The notes: generated by a model not told the origin, from the letters alone. A stretch of 54,027 nt of DNA from a candidate division WS1 bacterium (GCA_012522765.1 JAAYJW010000372.1:1-54027); one strand, 5' to 3'; shown: positions 18,597 to 29,117, counted from the first letter of the stretch. A program made the numbers and translations.

Positions 18597-19889
18597 TCAG
18601 GTGGCCGCCCGGGGCTCCTCACCCCCGGCGTTCTCGGGCGCCGGCTCTGCAGCCTCCGCCGGGGCCACTGCAGGTCGGACCCACATCCACAGTATTATGG
18701 CGTTCAAAAGCAGCAGCCCGCTCATGATGACGAACGGCATGCGCAGCCCGTAGTGCGCTGCTGCGAGTCCACCCAGCAGCGGCCCGATGCCCATCCCCAG
18801 ACCGCCCGCTATCCGAGTATTGCCGAAGGATCTCCCGTAGGTATCCGCCGACACGGCCTGCCCCACTATCGCGTTCAGGCTCGGCATAGTGCCACCGCGG
18901 GCAAGTCCCATGCCCACCCGCAGGGCAATCAGATGGCCGATGGACTGTGCGAGCGCGTGCGGCGCGGCGAATATGGCCGAGGTGATGGTGCAGCCGACGA
19001 GCACGAGCTTGTGGCCGACCCGGTCGCCGAGCAGGCCGATACCCAGCGCACTCAGCCCGGCGGCGAGGCCAGCGATGCCCATCAGGAAGCCGGCGGTGGA
19101 GGCCGCGCGATCAGGCCCGGACATTGACTCAACAAGCAACGGGAAGATCGGGCCGACGAAGCTCGCGGTGAGACTCATCATGAAGAAGGCGACCAGCAGC
19201 GCCATGAGGCCCTTGCGACCGAACGCCTGGCGTAAACCGTGGTTCTGACCACCGGCGCCGGCGGGCTTGAACTGCTCCTTCGCTCCAAACAGCACGATGA
19301 AGCCGCCGATCGCGAGCAGAACGCCCGCACTGTAGAACGCCATGCGGTAGCCCCAGTGGTCGGCCACAAGCCCGCCCGCCCACGGCCCCACGCTCATACC
19401 GGTGAGCACCGCCACCTGCATCAATCCAAGCGAGAGGCCCATCCGGTGGTTGGGGGTGATAGAAGCAACCAGGGTGGTCGAGGCGACCACGGTGCCTGTG
19501 AGGGCGCCCTGCAGCATTCGGAGGACAAAAAGCTCGTGAACGTTGCTGGCCAAGCCCATCAGGGTGAGTACGAGGGCACCGCCGAACATTGACCGCTGGA
19601 CCATCATCTTGCGGCCGTAGCGATCGGCGAGCGCGCCCCAGATCGGTGCAAAGAGCGCCTGGGTGAGTCCTGCGCCGGTGATTACCAGTCCCGACCAGAA
19701 GGCGACGGCGGCCTCGCCACTGACACCGAGGTGGCGCACGTAGAAGGGCATGAATGGCATGACGCAGGAGAAGCCCACAATGCTCAGAACCTGCGCGATC
19801 CAGCATGCGTACAGCGTACGACGCCACGGGGGTTTCGACGGGGCCGAATCGGGTGTACAAACATCCACGCCTGGCGGGTCTTCACTCAT
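18597..19889 (-). CDS. MFS drug/H+ antiporter (DHA1, MdtG-like)
   Basis: WRRTLYACWIAQ; motif A WGALADRYGRK; LRMLQG; second-half motif GLLGDRVGHK; 12 TMs. Confidence 0.9.
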   Translation of the reverse strand: MSEDPPGVDVCTPDSAPSKPPWRRTLYACWIAQVLSIVGFSCVMPFMPFYVRHLGVSGEAAVAFWSGLVITGAGLTQALFAPIWGALADRYGRKMMVQRSMFGGALVLTLMGLASNVHELFVLRMLQGALTGTVVASTTLVASITPNHRMGLSLGLMQVAVLTGMSVGPWAGGLVADHWGYRMAFYSAGVLLAIGGFIVLFGAKEQFKPAGAGGQNHGLRQAFGRKGLMALLVAFFMMSLTASFVGPIFPLLVESMSGPDRAASTAGFLMGIAGLAAGLSALGIGLLGDRVGHKLVLVGCTITSAIFAAPHALAQSIGHLIALRVGMGLARGGTMPSLNAIVGQAVSADTYGRSFGNTRIAGGLGMGIGPLLGGLAAAHYGLRMPFVIMSGLLLLNAIILWMWVRPAVAPAEAAEPAPENAGGEEPRAAT

Positions 19890-20115
19890 TCTGTAACATC
19901 ACACAGTCTGTCATGGCGACCTTCATTTCGGCGCTGCGGGCAGGTCTGTCGCAGGCCCGTTTCCCATCTGCTGGCCAACCGGCGCCGATCATCGGTACAG
20001 AGTGTATCTGGTCCGCGCGGATTCTTCAAGTAACGCGGCTGCGGAGCGGATGCGCCGCCCTCGGGAGTACGAGGCCCCCGCGCGCGGGCGCACGAGGTTG
20101 GAGCAGAGGCCCGTC

Positions 20116-20436
20116 CTACGCGAGTGCTTCGGCAGGGATTGCGAAGGCGCGGTAGCCGGGCCGCCGCGCATACTCCTCCGCGATGATCTGCTCATTGCGG
20201 CGCAGGATGGCCTGCACGAGTTCGTCGCTGGTGACGAAGGTCAGGATGACCGTGTTCGTACCGGGCCACACGGCCGTCCCCTCGTGCCTTCCGGTCGCGC
20301 CTATGCCGGAGACACCGCTGAAGCGGGTGTAGCCGACCACGTCGAGATCGTCGAGCACGTGCGTGAGCCGCTCAGCCAGGGGCGTCTCACACATCATCAC
20401 CAGCATGGTGCCGGGCCCAAGTTCGTGCTGTATCAC
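20116..20436 (-). CDS. P-II-like small protein (PG0541-type, RND-associated)
   Basis: VVGYTRFSGVSGIGATGRHEGTAVWPGTN. Last gene of the RND operon. Confidence 0.7.
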   Translation of the reverse strand: MIQHELGPGTMLVMMCETPLAERLTHVLDDLDVVGYTRFSGVSGIGATGRHEGTAVWPGTNTVILTFVTSDELVQAILRRNEQIIAEEYARRPGYRAFAIPAEALA

Positions 20437-20456
20437 TGACGGTCACCTCGCATGAG

Positions 20457-23400
20457 CTACTCGCGGTGCAGACGCCTGCTGATCCAACCACCGGCGCTCT
20501 CAGAGAGGCTGTAGGCCACTGGTATGACGAACAGCGTGAGGAAGGTCGAGGTGGTCAGGCCGCCGATCGCGGCGACGCCAAGCGGCTTCCACATCTCTGA
20601 GCCGGTCCTCGCCGCCAGGGCCAGCGGCACCATGGCAAGCAGCGTCGCCATGGCGGTCATGATGATGGGGCGCAGTCGCACGCCGCCACCTTCGATCAGC
20701 GCTTCGCGCAGCGCCATGCCGCGGTGCCGCATCAGATTGACCATCTGCACCAGCAGGATGGAGTTGCTGACCACGATTCCGGTCAGCATCAGGACCCCGA
20801 GCATCGCCATGATGCCCAGAGGGGTGCCGGTCAGAAGCAGAGCCCCGAGCACGCCGATCAGCTCCAGCGGGATCGCCAGCATAATGATGAGCGGCTGCAC
20901 AAGCGACTCGAACTGGGCGGCGAGGATCATGTAGATCAGCAGCACGCCGACCACGATAGCCGTCATCATACCGCCGAATGCTTCGGCCCGGTCTTCCTCA
21001 CTGCCGGCGAACTGGTAGCGGTAGCCCTGCGGCCAGTCCATCTCCGACAACTGCGCATCCACGTCACCGACTACGTCCGAGAGGGCACGGCCCTGGGTGT
21101 TGGCCGATACCGTTATTGCGCGCTCGCGCTCGTTGCGGCTGATCTGCGTCGGCCCCAGCGCGGGAACCACCGTCGCGATTGCGCTCAGCGGCACCATGTC
21201 ACCGGTGGCGGTGGTCAGGCGAGTGGTGCGCACCTGCTCCACCCACCCGCGATCCTCCTCGCGCGCCCGGACTTTGATGTCATACTCCGTGTCGCCCGCC
21301 CGGAACTTAGTGAGCTGTTCGGTGCCCCGCACCTGCGTCTGAATGCTGTGACCGATGTCGCTGACGGTAAGCCCGAGGCGCCCCGCCTCCTCGCGGTCGA
21401 TCAGCACGTGATACTCAGGGTTACTCGCTTCTGCGCTTATCTGCACGTCGATGGCACCGTCGGTCTGTTCGACCTTTTGCTGCACTTCGGCGGCGAGGGC
21501 GGCGAGCATGTCAAGATCGTCGCCGAGGACGCGTACCTCCAGATCACTACCTCCGCCGGGCCCGCCGCCCGCCTCGAAGCGCGTCTCCACGCCGGGAAGG
21601 GCGGCGAACTTCTCACGCAAGTCGTCCTCGATCTCAGTCACCGTTCGTTCGCGTTCGTCCCGGGGGTGAAGCTTGAGGGTGAAGTTCGCGGATCGCGTTC
21701 CGCCTCCTCCACCGAAGGCACTTGCGCCTCCGGCCTGGCCGAGTGTGACGGCGTAATGCTGCCTCTCCTCGACGCCGGCGAGCAGCCCCTCAACCTCCTG
21801 CGCGCGAGCGTTGGTGTACTCGACCGATGAGCCCACAGGGGTCTCCATCACGATAGTGAGTTCATCCTGCTCGACGCTCGGGAAGAACTCCATGCCGACG
21901 AGCGGGACGAGGCTGAGACTGGCGATGAACACTCCAATGGCCACCGCGATCACAATCGCGCGGTGGTTGAGCGACCATGCGATGGCGCGGCGGTACCACT
22001 GCGCGACTCTGTCGAAGGTGCGCGACCACGCCGCGAGCGCGCGGTTCATCGGGCCGAGGAGGCCGGATGTCTTCTCCAGGCGGTCATGTGCGCCCCGGCT
22101 GTACATGCGCTCGGAGAGCAGCGGCACGATCGTGACCGACACGATCAGCGACGCGAGCAGACCGAGCATGACGACGAGGGCCATCGGCGTGAACAGCACC
22201 GAGATCATGCCGCCCACGAACATGAGGGGGAAGAACATCACCATGGTGGTGACGGTGATAGCGGCGATGGCGGCCCAGAGCTCTTCGGTCCCGTTGATCG
22301 CCGAATCCAGCACCGGTTCACCCGACTCGATGTGCCGGTGGATGTTCTCCAACACAACAACCGAGTCATCCACGATACGGCCGATTGCGAGCACCAGGCC
22401 GCCCATCGTGATGATGTTGAGGGTCAGGTTGCTGAAGAACATGAAGACGAAGGTCACCAGCGCCGACAGCGGGATCGACAGGGCCGCGATGATCGTGCCT
22501 CGGAAGGTGGCGAGGAAGAGGAAGATGATCACCATCGCGAGGATCGCGCCCTCGAGGCCGACGCCGTAGAGGTTCTCCAGGCTGGCGCGGATGAAATCAG
22601 CTTCCTCGGAGGTGATGCTGACCTCGACGCCCTCAGGGAGCAGTTCGCCGAGGGCCTCAAGCTCCTCGCGGACGGCGTCAGAGACGGCAACGGTGTTGGC
22701 GCCCGATTCCTTCTGAAGCGAGATGCCGATCGCCGGATCACCGTTGAGGCGCGCGTAGCTGCGGATCTCCTGGTGGGTGTCGCGGATTTCCGCAACGTCC
22801 CGCAGGTAGACGGGGTGCCCGCCTCGAGTCGCCACGACGATGTCGCCGATCTCGTCCACCACGTCAAACTCGCCGATCACGCGGATCGTGTATTCGCGGC
22901 GGCCCTCGGTGGTGAAGCCGGCGGGGATGTTGCGGTTCTCACGCTGCAGCGCGCTTTCAACCTGAGCAACGGCGAGTTGGCGCGCGGCAAGCTTCTCCCA
23001 GTTGACCTCCACGTGAATCTCGCGCTGCAGGCCGCCGTAGATGTTGGCGGCGGCGACGCCCGGAAGCTTCTCAAGCTCCGGCTTGATGGTGTCTTCGGCG
23101 ATATCGCGCAGCCGCTCCATGTCCGCCATGCCGGTGACGTTGAGCGTCATCATCGGCATGATGATGGACGGGTCGATCTTCATGATGAGGGGGCGATGGA
23201 CATCACCCGGCAGGGCCTCGATCACGGGGTCAACCTTCTCCCGCGCGTCGAATGCCGCCCAGTTCATGTCCTTGCCCCAGTCGAACTCGATGATTACCAC
23301 CGAGAGGTCCTGTTGCGAGATCGAACTGATGCTCTCGAGGTCCTCTACGACCGCAGCCGCTTCCTCAATAGGCTTAGTGACGAATTCCTCCACCTGCGCG

Positions 23401-23567
23401 GGTGATGCGCCGGGATAGGCGGTCACCACCGCGACCACGGGGAAGGTGATGTCCGGCATCAGGTCGATCGGCAACTGCGTGAGCGCCACCGCCCCAAGCA
23501 CTACGACGCCCAGCACACACATCGCGATAAGAACTGGCCTGTTGATGGAGAATCGAGCTGGGTTCAC
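20457..23567 (-). CDS. RND efflux permease (AcrB/AcrD/AcrF, HAE1)
   Basis: FSINRPV, YPGASPAQVE, IGRIVDDSVVVLENIHRH (proton-relay DD), AQFES, RLRPIIMT and GGLTTSTFLTLFVIP. Confidence 0.96.
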   Translation of the reverse strand: MNPARFSINRPVLIAMCVLGVVVLGAVALTQLPIDLMPDITFPVVAVVTAYPGASPAQVEEFVTKPIEEAAAVVEDLESISSISQQDLSVVIIEFDWGKDMNWAAFDAREKVDPVIEALPGDVHRPLIMKIDPSIIMPMMTLNVTGMADMERLRDIAEDTIKPELEKLPGVAAANIYGGLQREIHVEVNWEKLAARQLAVAQVESALQRENRNIPAGFTTEGRREYTIRVIGEFDVVDEIGDIVVATRGGHPVYLRDVAEIRDTHQEIRSYARLNGDPAIGISLQKESGANTVAVSDAVREELEALGELLPEGVEVSITSEEADFIRASLENLYGVGLEGAILAMVIIFLFLATFRGTIIAALSIPLSALVTFVFMFFSNLTLNIITMGGLVLAIGRIVDDSVVVLENIHRHIESGEPVLDSAINGTEELWAAIAAITVTTMVMFFPLMFVGGMISVLFTPMALVVMLGLLASLIVSVTIVPLLSERMYSRGAHDRLEKTSGLLGPMNRALAAWSRTFDRVAQWYRRAIAWSLNHRAIVIAVAIGVFIASLSLVPLVGMEFFPSVEQDELTIVMETPVGSSVEYTNARAQEVEGLLAGVEERQHYAVTLGQAGGASAFGGGGGTRSANFTLKLHPRDERERTVTEIEDDLREKFAALPGVETRFEAGGGPGGGSDLEVRVLGDDLDMLAALAAEVQQKVEQTDGAIDVQISAEASNPEYHVLIDREEAGRLGLTVSDIGHSIQTQVRGTEQLTKFRAGDTEYDIKVRAREEDRGWVEQVRTTRLTTATGDMVPLSAIATVVPALGPTQISRNERERAITVSANTQGRALSDVVGDVDAQLSEMDWPQGYRYQFAGSEEDRAEAFGGMMTAIVVGVLLIYMILAAQFESLVQPLIIMLAIPLELIGVLGALLLTGTPLGIMAMLGVLMLTGIVVSNSILLVQMVNLMRHRGMALREALIEGGGVRLRPIIMTAMATLLAMVPLALAARTGSEMWKPLGVAAIGGLTTSTFLTLFVIPVAYSLSESAGGWISRRLHRE

Positions 23568-25267
23568 TCCGTGACGCTCCCCTGCACGGGCGTGTCAGCG
23601 ATACGCACCCGAGTGCCATCCGCAAGCTGATCCTGGCCCTCGATGACGATCTGCTCGCCTACGCGCAGGCCGGAAACAACCTCCATTCGCGTCGCTGTCT
23701 GAAGCCCGGTTTCAACTTCGCGCCGAGTGGCCGTGTCGCCCTCGACAACGAAGACGTATTGCATTTCGCCCTCGGTCTGCACGGCATCCCGCGCGATGAT
23801 GAGGGCGTCGTCCAGTCGCTCGGCGACCACTGTTGCGCGGGCGAACATGCCGACCCGCACGCGATCCCCGCCGTTTACCAACCTTACGCGTACCATGCCC
23901 GTGCGGCTGCCGGGCTCCACTGAAGGCGAGATGGCGATGATCTCTCCGACGAAGACTTCGTCGGAGACGCCATCTACCCTGACCTCTGCCGCCTGCCCAA
24001 CCCGGACGCTCTCCATCTCACGCTCGCCCACCCGCGCCTCGACGTAGAGCACATCGCTGCTGACGATGGTGAGCAGCGGAAGTCCCGGTGATGCCCCCTC
24101 GCCCGGCTCGACGTGGCGGGCGGAGACCGTTCCGTTGATGGGTGATGTCACGACATACTTCGAGAGCTGCACAGCCGTCAGGCGCTCGCCCGCCTGCGCC
24201 TGCCTCACGCCCGCCTGGGCAGCAGCGACCTGTCGCCGCTGCACATCCACCTGGCCGCGACCGGCGACAGCAGCGTTGAGTTGTTCGCGGGCCTGCCTGA
24301 CGCCCTCCTCGGCGGCCCGAACGTCCTGCTGGGCCACCTCCATCTGTGTGCGATTCGCCTGCGCCTGCCCCAGCGCCTGTCGTGCCTGCTCGACGTTAAG
24401 CTCCGCCAGCCGAACCTGTTCGGACCGCGCGCCCTCCTCAACGAGGCTGAGCTGGTCCACCGCTTGCTGATGGCGCTGCTGCGCCAGCCGGTACTCCGTC
24501 TGCGTCTGGTCGAACTGCTGCTGGGAGATCACGCCGCCCTCCAGCAGGCGCCGGTAGCGGTTGAAGGTTTGCTCGGCGAGATCGAGGGATGCGCGCGCCT
24601 GCGCCACCTGTGCCTCGGCCTGGCGCCGCTCCTGGTCACGTGCGCCTGCCCGCACCTCCGCGAGCCGCGTCTCGGCGCTGCTCACCGCGGTGCGAGCCTG
24701 CTCGATCGCATTGTTCACCTGCGACTCCACCAGCCGCGCGGCGGCCCGCGCCTGCTCCAGCCGCTCCTGGGCCGCAGTCACACCTACCTCGGCCTGCCGA
24801 ACGGTGCTGGCAGTGGTGTCGCCGGTCAGTTCGAGCATCTCCCGGGCCTGGTTGAGAGCAGCCTGCGCGCTCTGCACGCCCGCCGCCGCCTGATCGCGCT
24901 GAGCGGCAGCGATCTGCATGTCAACGCGCACCAGCGTGCTGCCGCGCCTGACATAGTCGCCTACATCGGCGAGCACAGCCGTGACTTTGCCGGAGGTCTC
25001 GGCGACCACATCAACCTGATCGGTCGTCTGCACGGTGCCGGAGATCTCCAGCGTCTCCTCGATAGAACCGCGGACGGCAGTTGTCACCTGGACCGGGACG
25101 GCAGAGGCCTCCGCGGCCGTAGCGTCTCCCGGCTGATCTCCGCCCTCGCCGCGGCCACAGCCGTTCATTCCCGCAGTCACTGCTGCGACAAGCAATGCGC
25201 CTATGAAGATGATTGTCAACGGGCTACGGCTCCGTGGGCTCCGCCCCGTTGGCGACTGGTGCTTCAT
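23564..25267 (-). CDS. RND periplasmic adaptor (MFP) with very long alpha-helical hairpin
   Basis: Lipoyl halves VVAETSGKVTAVLADVGDYVRRG and VTSPINGTVSARHVEPGE. C-terminal SGLRVGEQIVIEGQ. Confidence 0.93.
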   Translation of the reverse strand: MKHQSPTGRSPRSRSPLTIIFIGALLVAAVTAGMNGCGRGEGGDQPGDATAAEASAVPVQVTTAVRGSIEETLEISGTVQTTDQVDVVAETSGKVTAVLADVGDYVRRGSTLVRVDMQIAAAQRDQAAAGVQSAQAALNQAREMLELTGDTTASTVRQAEVGVTAAQERLEQARAAARLVESQVNNAIEQARTAVSSAETRLAEVRAGARDQERRQAEAQVAQARASLDLAEQTFNRYRRLLEGGVISQQQFDQTQTEYRLAQQRHQQAVDQLSLVEEGARSEQVRLAELNVEQARQALGQAQANRTQMEVAQQDVRAAEEGVRQAREQLNAAVAGRGQVDVQRRQVAAAQAGVRQAQAGERLTAVQLSKYVVTSPINGTVSARHVEPGEGASPGLPLLTIVSSDVLYVEARVGEREMESVRVGQAAEVRVDGVSDEVFVGEIIAISPSVEPGSRTGMVRVRLVNGGDRVRVGMFARATVVAERLDDALIIARDAVQTEGEMQYVFVVEGDTATRREVETGLQTATRMEVVSGLRVGEQIVIEGQDQLADGTRVRIADTPVQGSVTE

Positions 25268-26676
25268 TGTGTCTCGACCTCCTGCTGCATCTGGTCCGAC
25301 AAACCCATGGCCGTCCGCAGTTGCGTTACCGCAAGCTGCCTGTCATACTCAGCATTCACAAGTGATGCCTCCGCGGCGGCGAGTGCGGTGTCGGCGTCAA
25401 TTACCTCGATGCCCGCCGCCAGGCCCTCACGGTATCTAAGTTGCGCCATTCTCCTCCACTCACGCGCTTCCACCAGGCCCTGTTCTGCGGACAGTATCCG
25501 CTCCTGAGCCTCCTGTACTCGCAGCCACGCCAGCATTACATCCAGCGACACCTGTTCGGTAGCACGCTCAACGGAAAGCTCCGCCGCTGCAACGCGAGCC
25601 TGCGTCGATTCCACTCGCCCATCGCGTGCTCCGCCGTCGAAGATCGGCTTCTGCGCGACGATCCCGACCTGCCACGACCAGTCCGTTCCGCCGAGCCCGC
25701 CGGCGCTCTGTCGCGCATACTGGCCGGTCAGCGCGACCGTCGGCGCCAACTCCTTCTCCGCCAGCCGCAGGCTCAGTCGGGCCATCCGAAGTGACGTCTC
25801 CGCGGAGCGGATCTCGGGTCGGCAGATGCGGGCGGTCTCGATCAATGACGCTACGTCATCATCCGGCATAGGCGGTGAAGGCGCGTCGGCAACGGTGATG
25901 GCAAGCCCTTGCGGCAGTGCGAGGATATCTCTCAGTTGCGCCTTCGCCTGCTCCACCGCGGTCTGCACGACGATAAGCTGTTCGTTCGCCCGCGCCAGTT
26001 CCGTCCGCGCCTGCACCACATCGAAATGCGCGACGACTCCGGCCTCCTCCAACAACTCAGCGTTTCGGACGTGTTCGGCTATCGCGGTGACCTGCGCGGC
26101 CGCCACTCCTGCAAGCTGAACTGACCGCAGCACGCCGTAGCTTATCTGACGCGCCCCCTGCGCCACCTGCAGTTGCGCGGTTTCCACCCCCTGTCGCGCC
26201 GCCTCGATGCCCTCCCGAGCGATATCCTCGCCAATCCCGACGCGTCCGCCGGTGTAGATAGGCAGGTTCGCGGAGATGGTTGCCTGATAGGCCTCCTCCT
26301 GCCCGACCTGCACCTCCATCGGCTCCTCGCCCTCGGCGCCGGGTAGCTGTATCGTGCTCACCGGCCCCATCCGTATGGCTGTCGCCGAGAGATCGACGGA
26401 GAGGTTGTCGGCGGCCTCCGCCTGCCGAAGCTGCCCCTCCGCCTCCGGGATGGATTGTTGCTGGATCAGGATCTGCGTGTTCCGCTCTCGGGCCCAACGG
26501 GCGGCGCTGTCAGGCGTCAGGACCACTGATCCGTCGCTGCCGAGCGTCACGTAGGCCGGGAGTTCCGGACACTCCACCTCCTGCGCGTACGCAGGCGGCA
26601 CAAAGACCACTGCCAACAATCCCGCCGCCCGGACCAGGCGGCGGATCCCCTCACATACCCCGATGTCACGCATCAT
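25264..26676 (-). CDS. TolC-family outer-membrane efflux protein
   Basis: NLPIYTGGR, RPEIRSAE, PIFDGG and RYREGLAAGIEVIDADTALAAAE. Confidence 0.92.
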   Translation of the reverse strand: MMRDIGVCEGIRRLVRAAGLLAVVFVPPAYAQEVECPELPAYVTLGSDGSVVLTPDSAARWARERNTQILIQQQSIPEAEGQLRQAEAADNLSVDLSATAIRMGPVSTIQLPGAEGEEPMEVQVGQEEAYQATISANLPIYTGGRVGIGEDIAREGIEAARQGVETAQLQVAQGARQISYGVLRSVQLAGVAAAQVTAIAEHVRNAELLEEAGVVAHFDVVQARTELARANEQLIVVQTAVEQAKAQLRDILALPQGLAITVADAPSPPMPDDDVASLIETARICRPEIRSAETSLRMARLSLRLAEKELAPTVALTGQYARQSAGGLGGTDWSWQVGIVAQKPIFDGGARDGRVESTQARVAAAELSVERATEQVSLDVMLAWLRVQEAQERILSAEQGLVEAREWRRMAQLRYREGLAAGIEVIDADTALAAAEASLVNAEYDRQLAVTQLRTAMGLSDQMQQEVETQ

Positions 26677-26914
26677 CGCTCGCCGTGCTCCCCTCTTCCT
26701 GCTGCAGACGATTCAGGAACGCTGCCACGCGCTCGAGCATCGATAGCTTACACAGGCATACCATCTCGCCCGTGGGATGGTTGAAGACCAGCAGCTTGTC
26801 CCCGGGCGAAAGCCCCATCGTCTCTCGAGCTTCCGCCGGGATGACGACCTGCCCGCGCTCGCCCACCGTTACCGCGCCTACGAACTGCTCCTCAATAGCG
26901 CTTTCGTCAAACAT
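26666..26914 (-). CDS. AbrB/MazE/SpoVT-family DNA-binding protein
   Basis: FVGAVTVGERGQVVIPAEARETMGLSPGDKLLVF. GAGGGAG RBS before the ATG at 26914. Confidence 0.9.
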   Translation of the reverse strand: MFDESAIEEQFVGAVTVGERGQVVIPAEARETMGLSPGDKLLVFNHPTGEMVCLCKLSMLERVAAFLNRLQQEEGSTASDDA

Positions 26915-26976
26915 CCGCTGCTCCCTCGGAATCATAGTCCCCGTACGATCAATCATATTTACATGAATTATATGTG

Positions 26977-27005
26977 AGTATACCCACTGAAATGCTTCCT
27001 GTCAA
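26977..27005 (-). promoter_or_regulatory. Near-consensus sigma70 promoter of the efflux operon
   Basis: TTGACA (27005-27000), 17-nt spacer, TATACT (26982-26977). An AT-rich imperfect palindrome CATAT-N11-ATATG follows at 26954-26974. Confidence 0.8.
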
Positions 27006-27098
27006 TCTGCTCTTCACAGGAAGGCATCTGTGCGAACCTTGGGATCTCGGCCGCGACCTGTGCGGTGAAGAACTGCTGCGGATGCTGCTGCGATCGAG

Positions 27099-27896
27099 TT
27101 AGCGGAACAGGCTCCCTGCATCCTGCGTTTGCGTCGGAAGGGCGACGGCCTGCCAACGCGTCCCCCCGGTGATGGTGCGCTCAATCTCTACCATGCTCGT
27201 GATCACCGCGATGCCGGCGGGATCCCACACTCTTAACGCGTACTGCCCCAGCGGGACCTTGCCCATGCGATAGTGCCCCTGATTGCCGCTCTGAGTGACG
27301 TAAAGCACCGTGTCGGCCTGCGGATTGAGCAGGGCCACCCGCGCGTTGGGCACGGGGACCGTCTGCATGGCCATCGTCATCCCCTCGGCGCGCTGAATGA
27401 CCTCGCGCTGGACGACTCCGGAAACAGATCCGAGATTGAGGTAGGTCCAGATGAAGGCCGCCAGGCCGAAGATGACGATGCCGGCGACGGCCCTGCCCAC
27501 GTGATCCCGAATAAGCGGCGCGACCATGGCTCCCACGAGCGCAAAAAGCGCGCCTGCCGGCAGCAGGTAGGCAATGATATCAGGCTCCGAGGGTAGCAAT
27601 TCCTGCTTGCGGAGCAGCAGCCAGCAGAGGCTGGCGAGAAAGAGGCCAATCACGGGGGCACGCACCGGGCCCCGGCGACTGTCGCCCACCCCTGCCAGCA
27701 GGCCGGCCATGATGTAGATGAACGGCTGCGTCCAGTACATGAAGGAGGCCACGCGCCCGAGGACGGCCGGTCGTGTCGCCTCCGGGCCCACCAGCAGGTC
27801 GAAGCCAACCAGCGAGACCAGCACGGCGATCGTGCCGCCGGTCACAGCCACGAGCAGGATCATCACAGAAGGCTGGTTGTCTTCTCTACGAGCCAT
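27099..27896 (-). CDS. Membrane protein (about 5 TM) with C-terminal prealbumin-like domain
   Basis: Hydrophobic N-terminal half, then GSVSGVV...PVPNARVAL...GHYRMGKVPLGQYALRV. Confidence 0.75.
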   Translation of the reverse strand: MARREDNQPSVMILLVAVTGGTIAVLVSLVGFDLLVGPEATRPAVLGRVASFMYWTQPFIYIMAGLLAGVGDSRRGPVRAPVIGLFLASLCWLLLRKQELLPSEPDIIAYLLPAGALFALVGAMVAPLIRDHVGRAVAGIVIFGLAAFIWTYLNLGSVSGVVQREVIQRAEGMTMAMQTVPVPNARVALLNPQADTVLYVTQSGNQGHYRMGKVPLGQYALRVWDPAGIAVITSMVEIERTITGGTRWQAVALPTQTQDAGSLFR

Positions 27897-27927
27897 CTCT
27901 GCAGGCCCTCCCGTGCCGGGCTATATT

Positions 27928-28896
27928 TCAGCGAACCTGTGCAATAGTCCTCGCGAGCTCCGGCCGGAACCGCTCGTAGGCGGACGAGGCCGTCAGCGTC
28001 TGGTGCCCCGCGATTACCATTTGTTCCACGCCGGCATTCCGCGCGACCTTCAGTGCCTCAAGCAGCTTGTCTCGGGGGTGCGGGGAGCCGCCGATCCAGA
28101 TCAGCAATGGCTTTCGCTCAGCCCGCACCGCCGCGTTGGCCTCCTCGACCGTAGAGCGCAGAGCCACCTCCATGTCACGGCCCGCACTCTGCCACGGCAC
28201 ATACACAGAAAGCATGTCAACCGCCGCACTCTGCGCCAGCGGCTTGAGTGTATCCGAACCGAGGCCGGCATCGCGACCGCTCTGCAGGCTGGTCGGCATT
28301 ACCACCGATGCCAGCCTTCGATCCACCGCCTGCACAGCCGCCGCAGCCGCCAGGAGGAACATCAGAAGCGAATTGCGGCGGAACCTCGCCACGTCGCTAT
28401 CGAGTTCCAGCGGCATCTGGCGCTGCTGCTCGCCGTAGAACAGGCGCTGACACCACTCACAGCGGCAGGCCCAGACGCCGCGGGCCCCGTACATCGTCGG
28501 TTCATCCCACAGGAAACCGCGGCACTCCAGCAACCACGCCAGCGTCCGCATGTTGGACGAGAACCACTCGAGGAATGCGGGATTGTTCGGACAGGCCTTC
28601 GGCACCTTTCTCCCGCGGCTGTCCACCTGGCAGTGATGCGGATGCTCGCTGACGTAAAGGCTCTCGGTGGAGGCGTCCGGATCCGTTACGCGGCCATAGC
28701 CGAGAGGGACCACGTAGACCTCGAGTCCGGCGCCCTGGCAGGCACGAGAGAAGTCGGCAGCGGTCTGGGCATGCCAGCGCATCTCATCCTCGTAGCAGGC
28801 GATGAAGACGCTGGTGAAACCGTCATTGCGCAGCTCTCGTGGTTCGAGCTGCTCCATGGTCGCTACGCCGCCGCCGATAGAAAGCCCGACCTTCAC
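27928..28896 (-). CDS. Glycoside-hydrolase-like TIM-barrel protein with Cys cluster
   Basis: GTG start at 28896 (MKVGLSIGG). Motifs ACPNNP, GFLWDEP and CRCEWCQRLF recall GH42-like barrels. Confidence 0.6.
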   Translation of the reverse strand: MKVGLSIGGGVATMEQLEPRELRNDGFTSVFIACYEDEMRWHAQTAADFSRACQGAGLEVYVVPLGYGRVTDPDASTESLYVSEHPHHCQVDSRGRKVPKACPNNPAFLEWFSSNMRTLAWLLECRGFLWDEPTMYGARGVWACRCEWCQRLFYGEQQRQMPLELDSDVARFRRNSLLMFLLAAAAAVQAVDRRLASVVMPTSLQSGRDAGLGSDTLKPLAQSAAVDMLSVYVPWQSAGRDMEVALRSTVEEANAAVRAERKPLLIWIGGSPHPRDKLLEALKVARNAGVEQMVIAGHQTLTASSAYERFRPELARTIAQVR

Positions 28897-29117
28897 GGCC
28901 CCAGCGCCCCTTCGCAACGTCACACGCCGCTCCGGCGCAATCCGGCCGCGGCCTATCGCCTGGAAGAAGACATGCGGGTCCCTGTGCCATGCAACCGACG
29001 CATGCGTATTCCCCGCCCTCCCCACGTGCCCCTTCACCTTGCGGCGCGGATGTCAGAATAATCTGCAGCTACCCCGGAGCGGACGGTTGAGCGATGCCGC
29101 AGCAGTCGAAAAATTGT

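Noticed and set aside
26666-26914. AbrB/MazE gene as the antitoxin of a TA pair
   Set aside because: There is no adjacent toxin gene; it overlaps tolC and leads the efflux operon.
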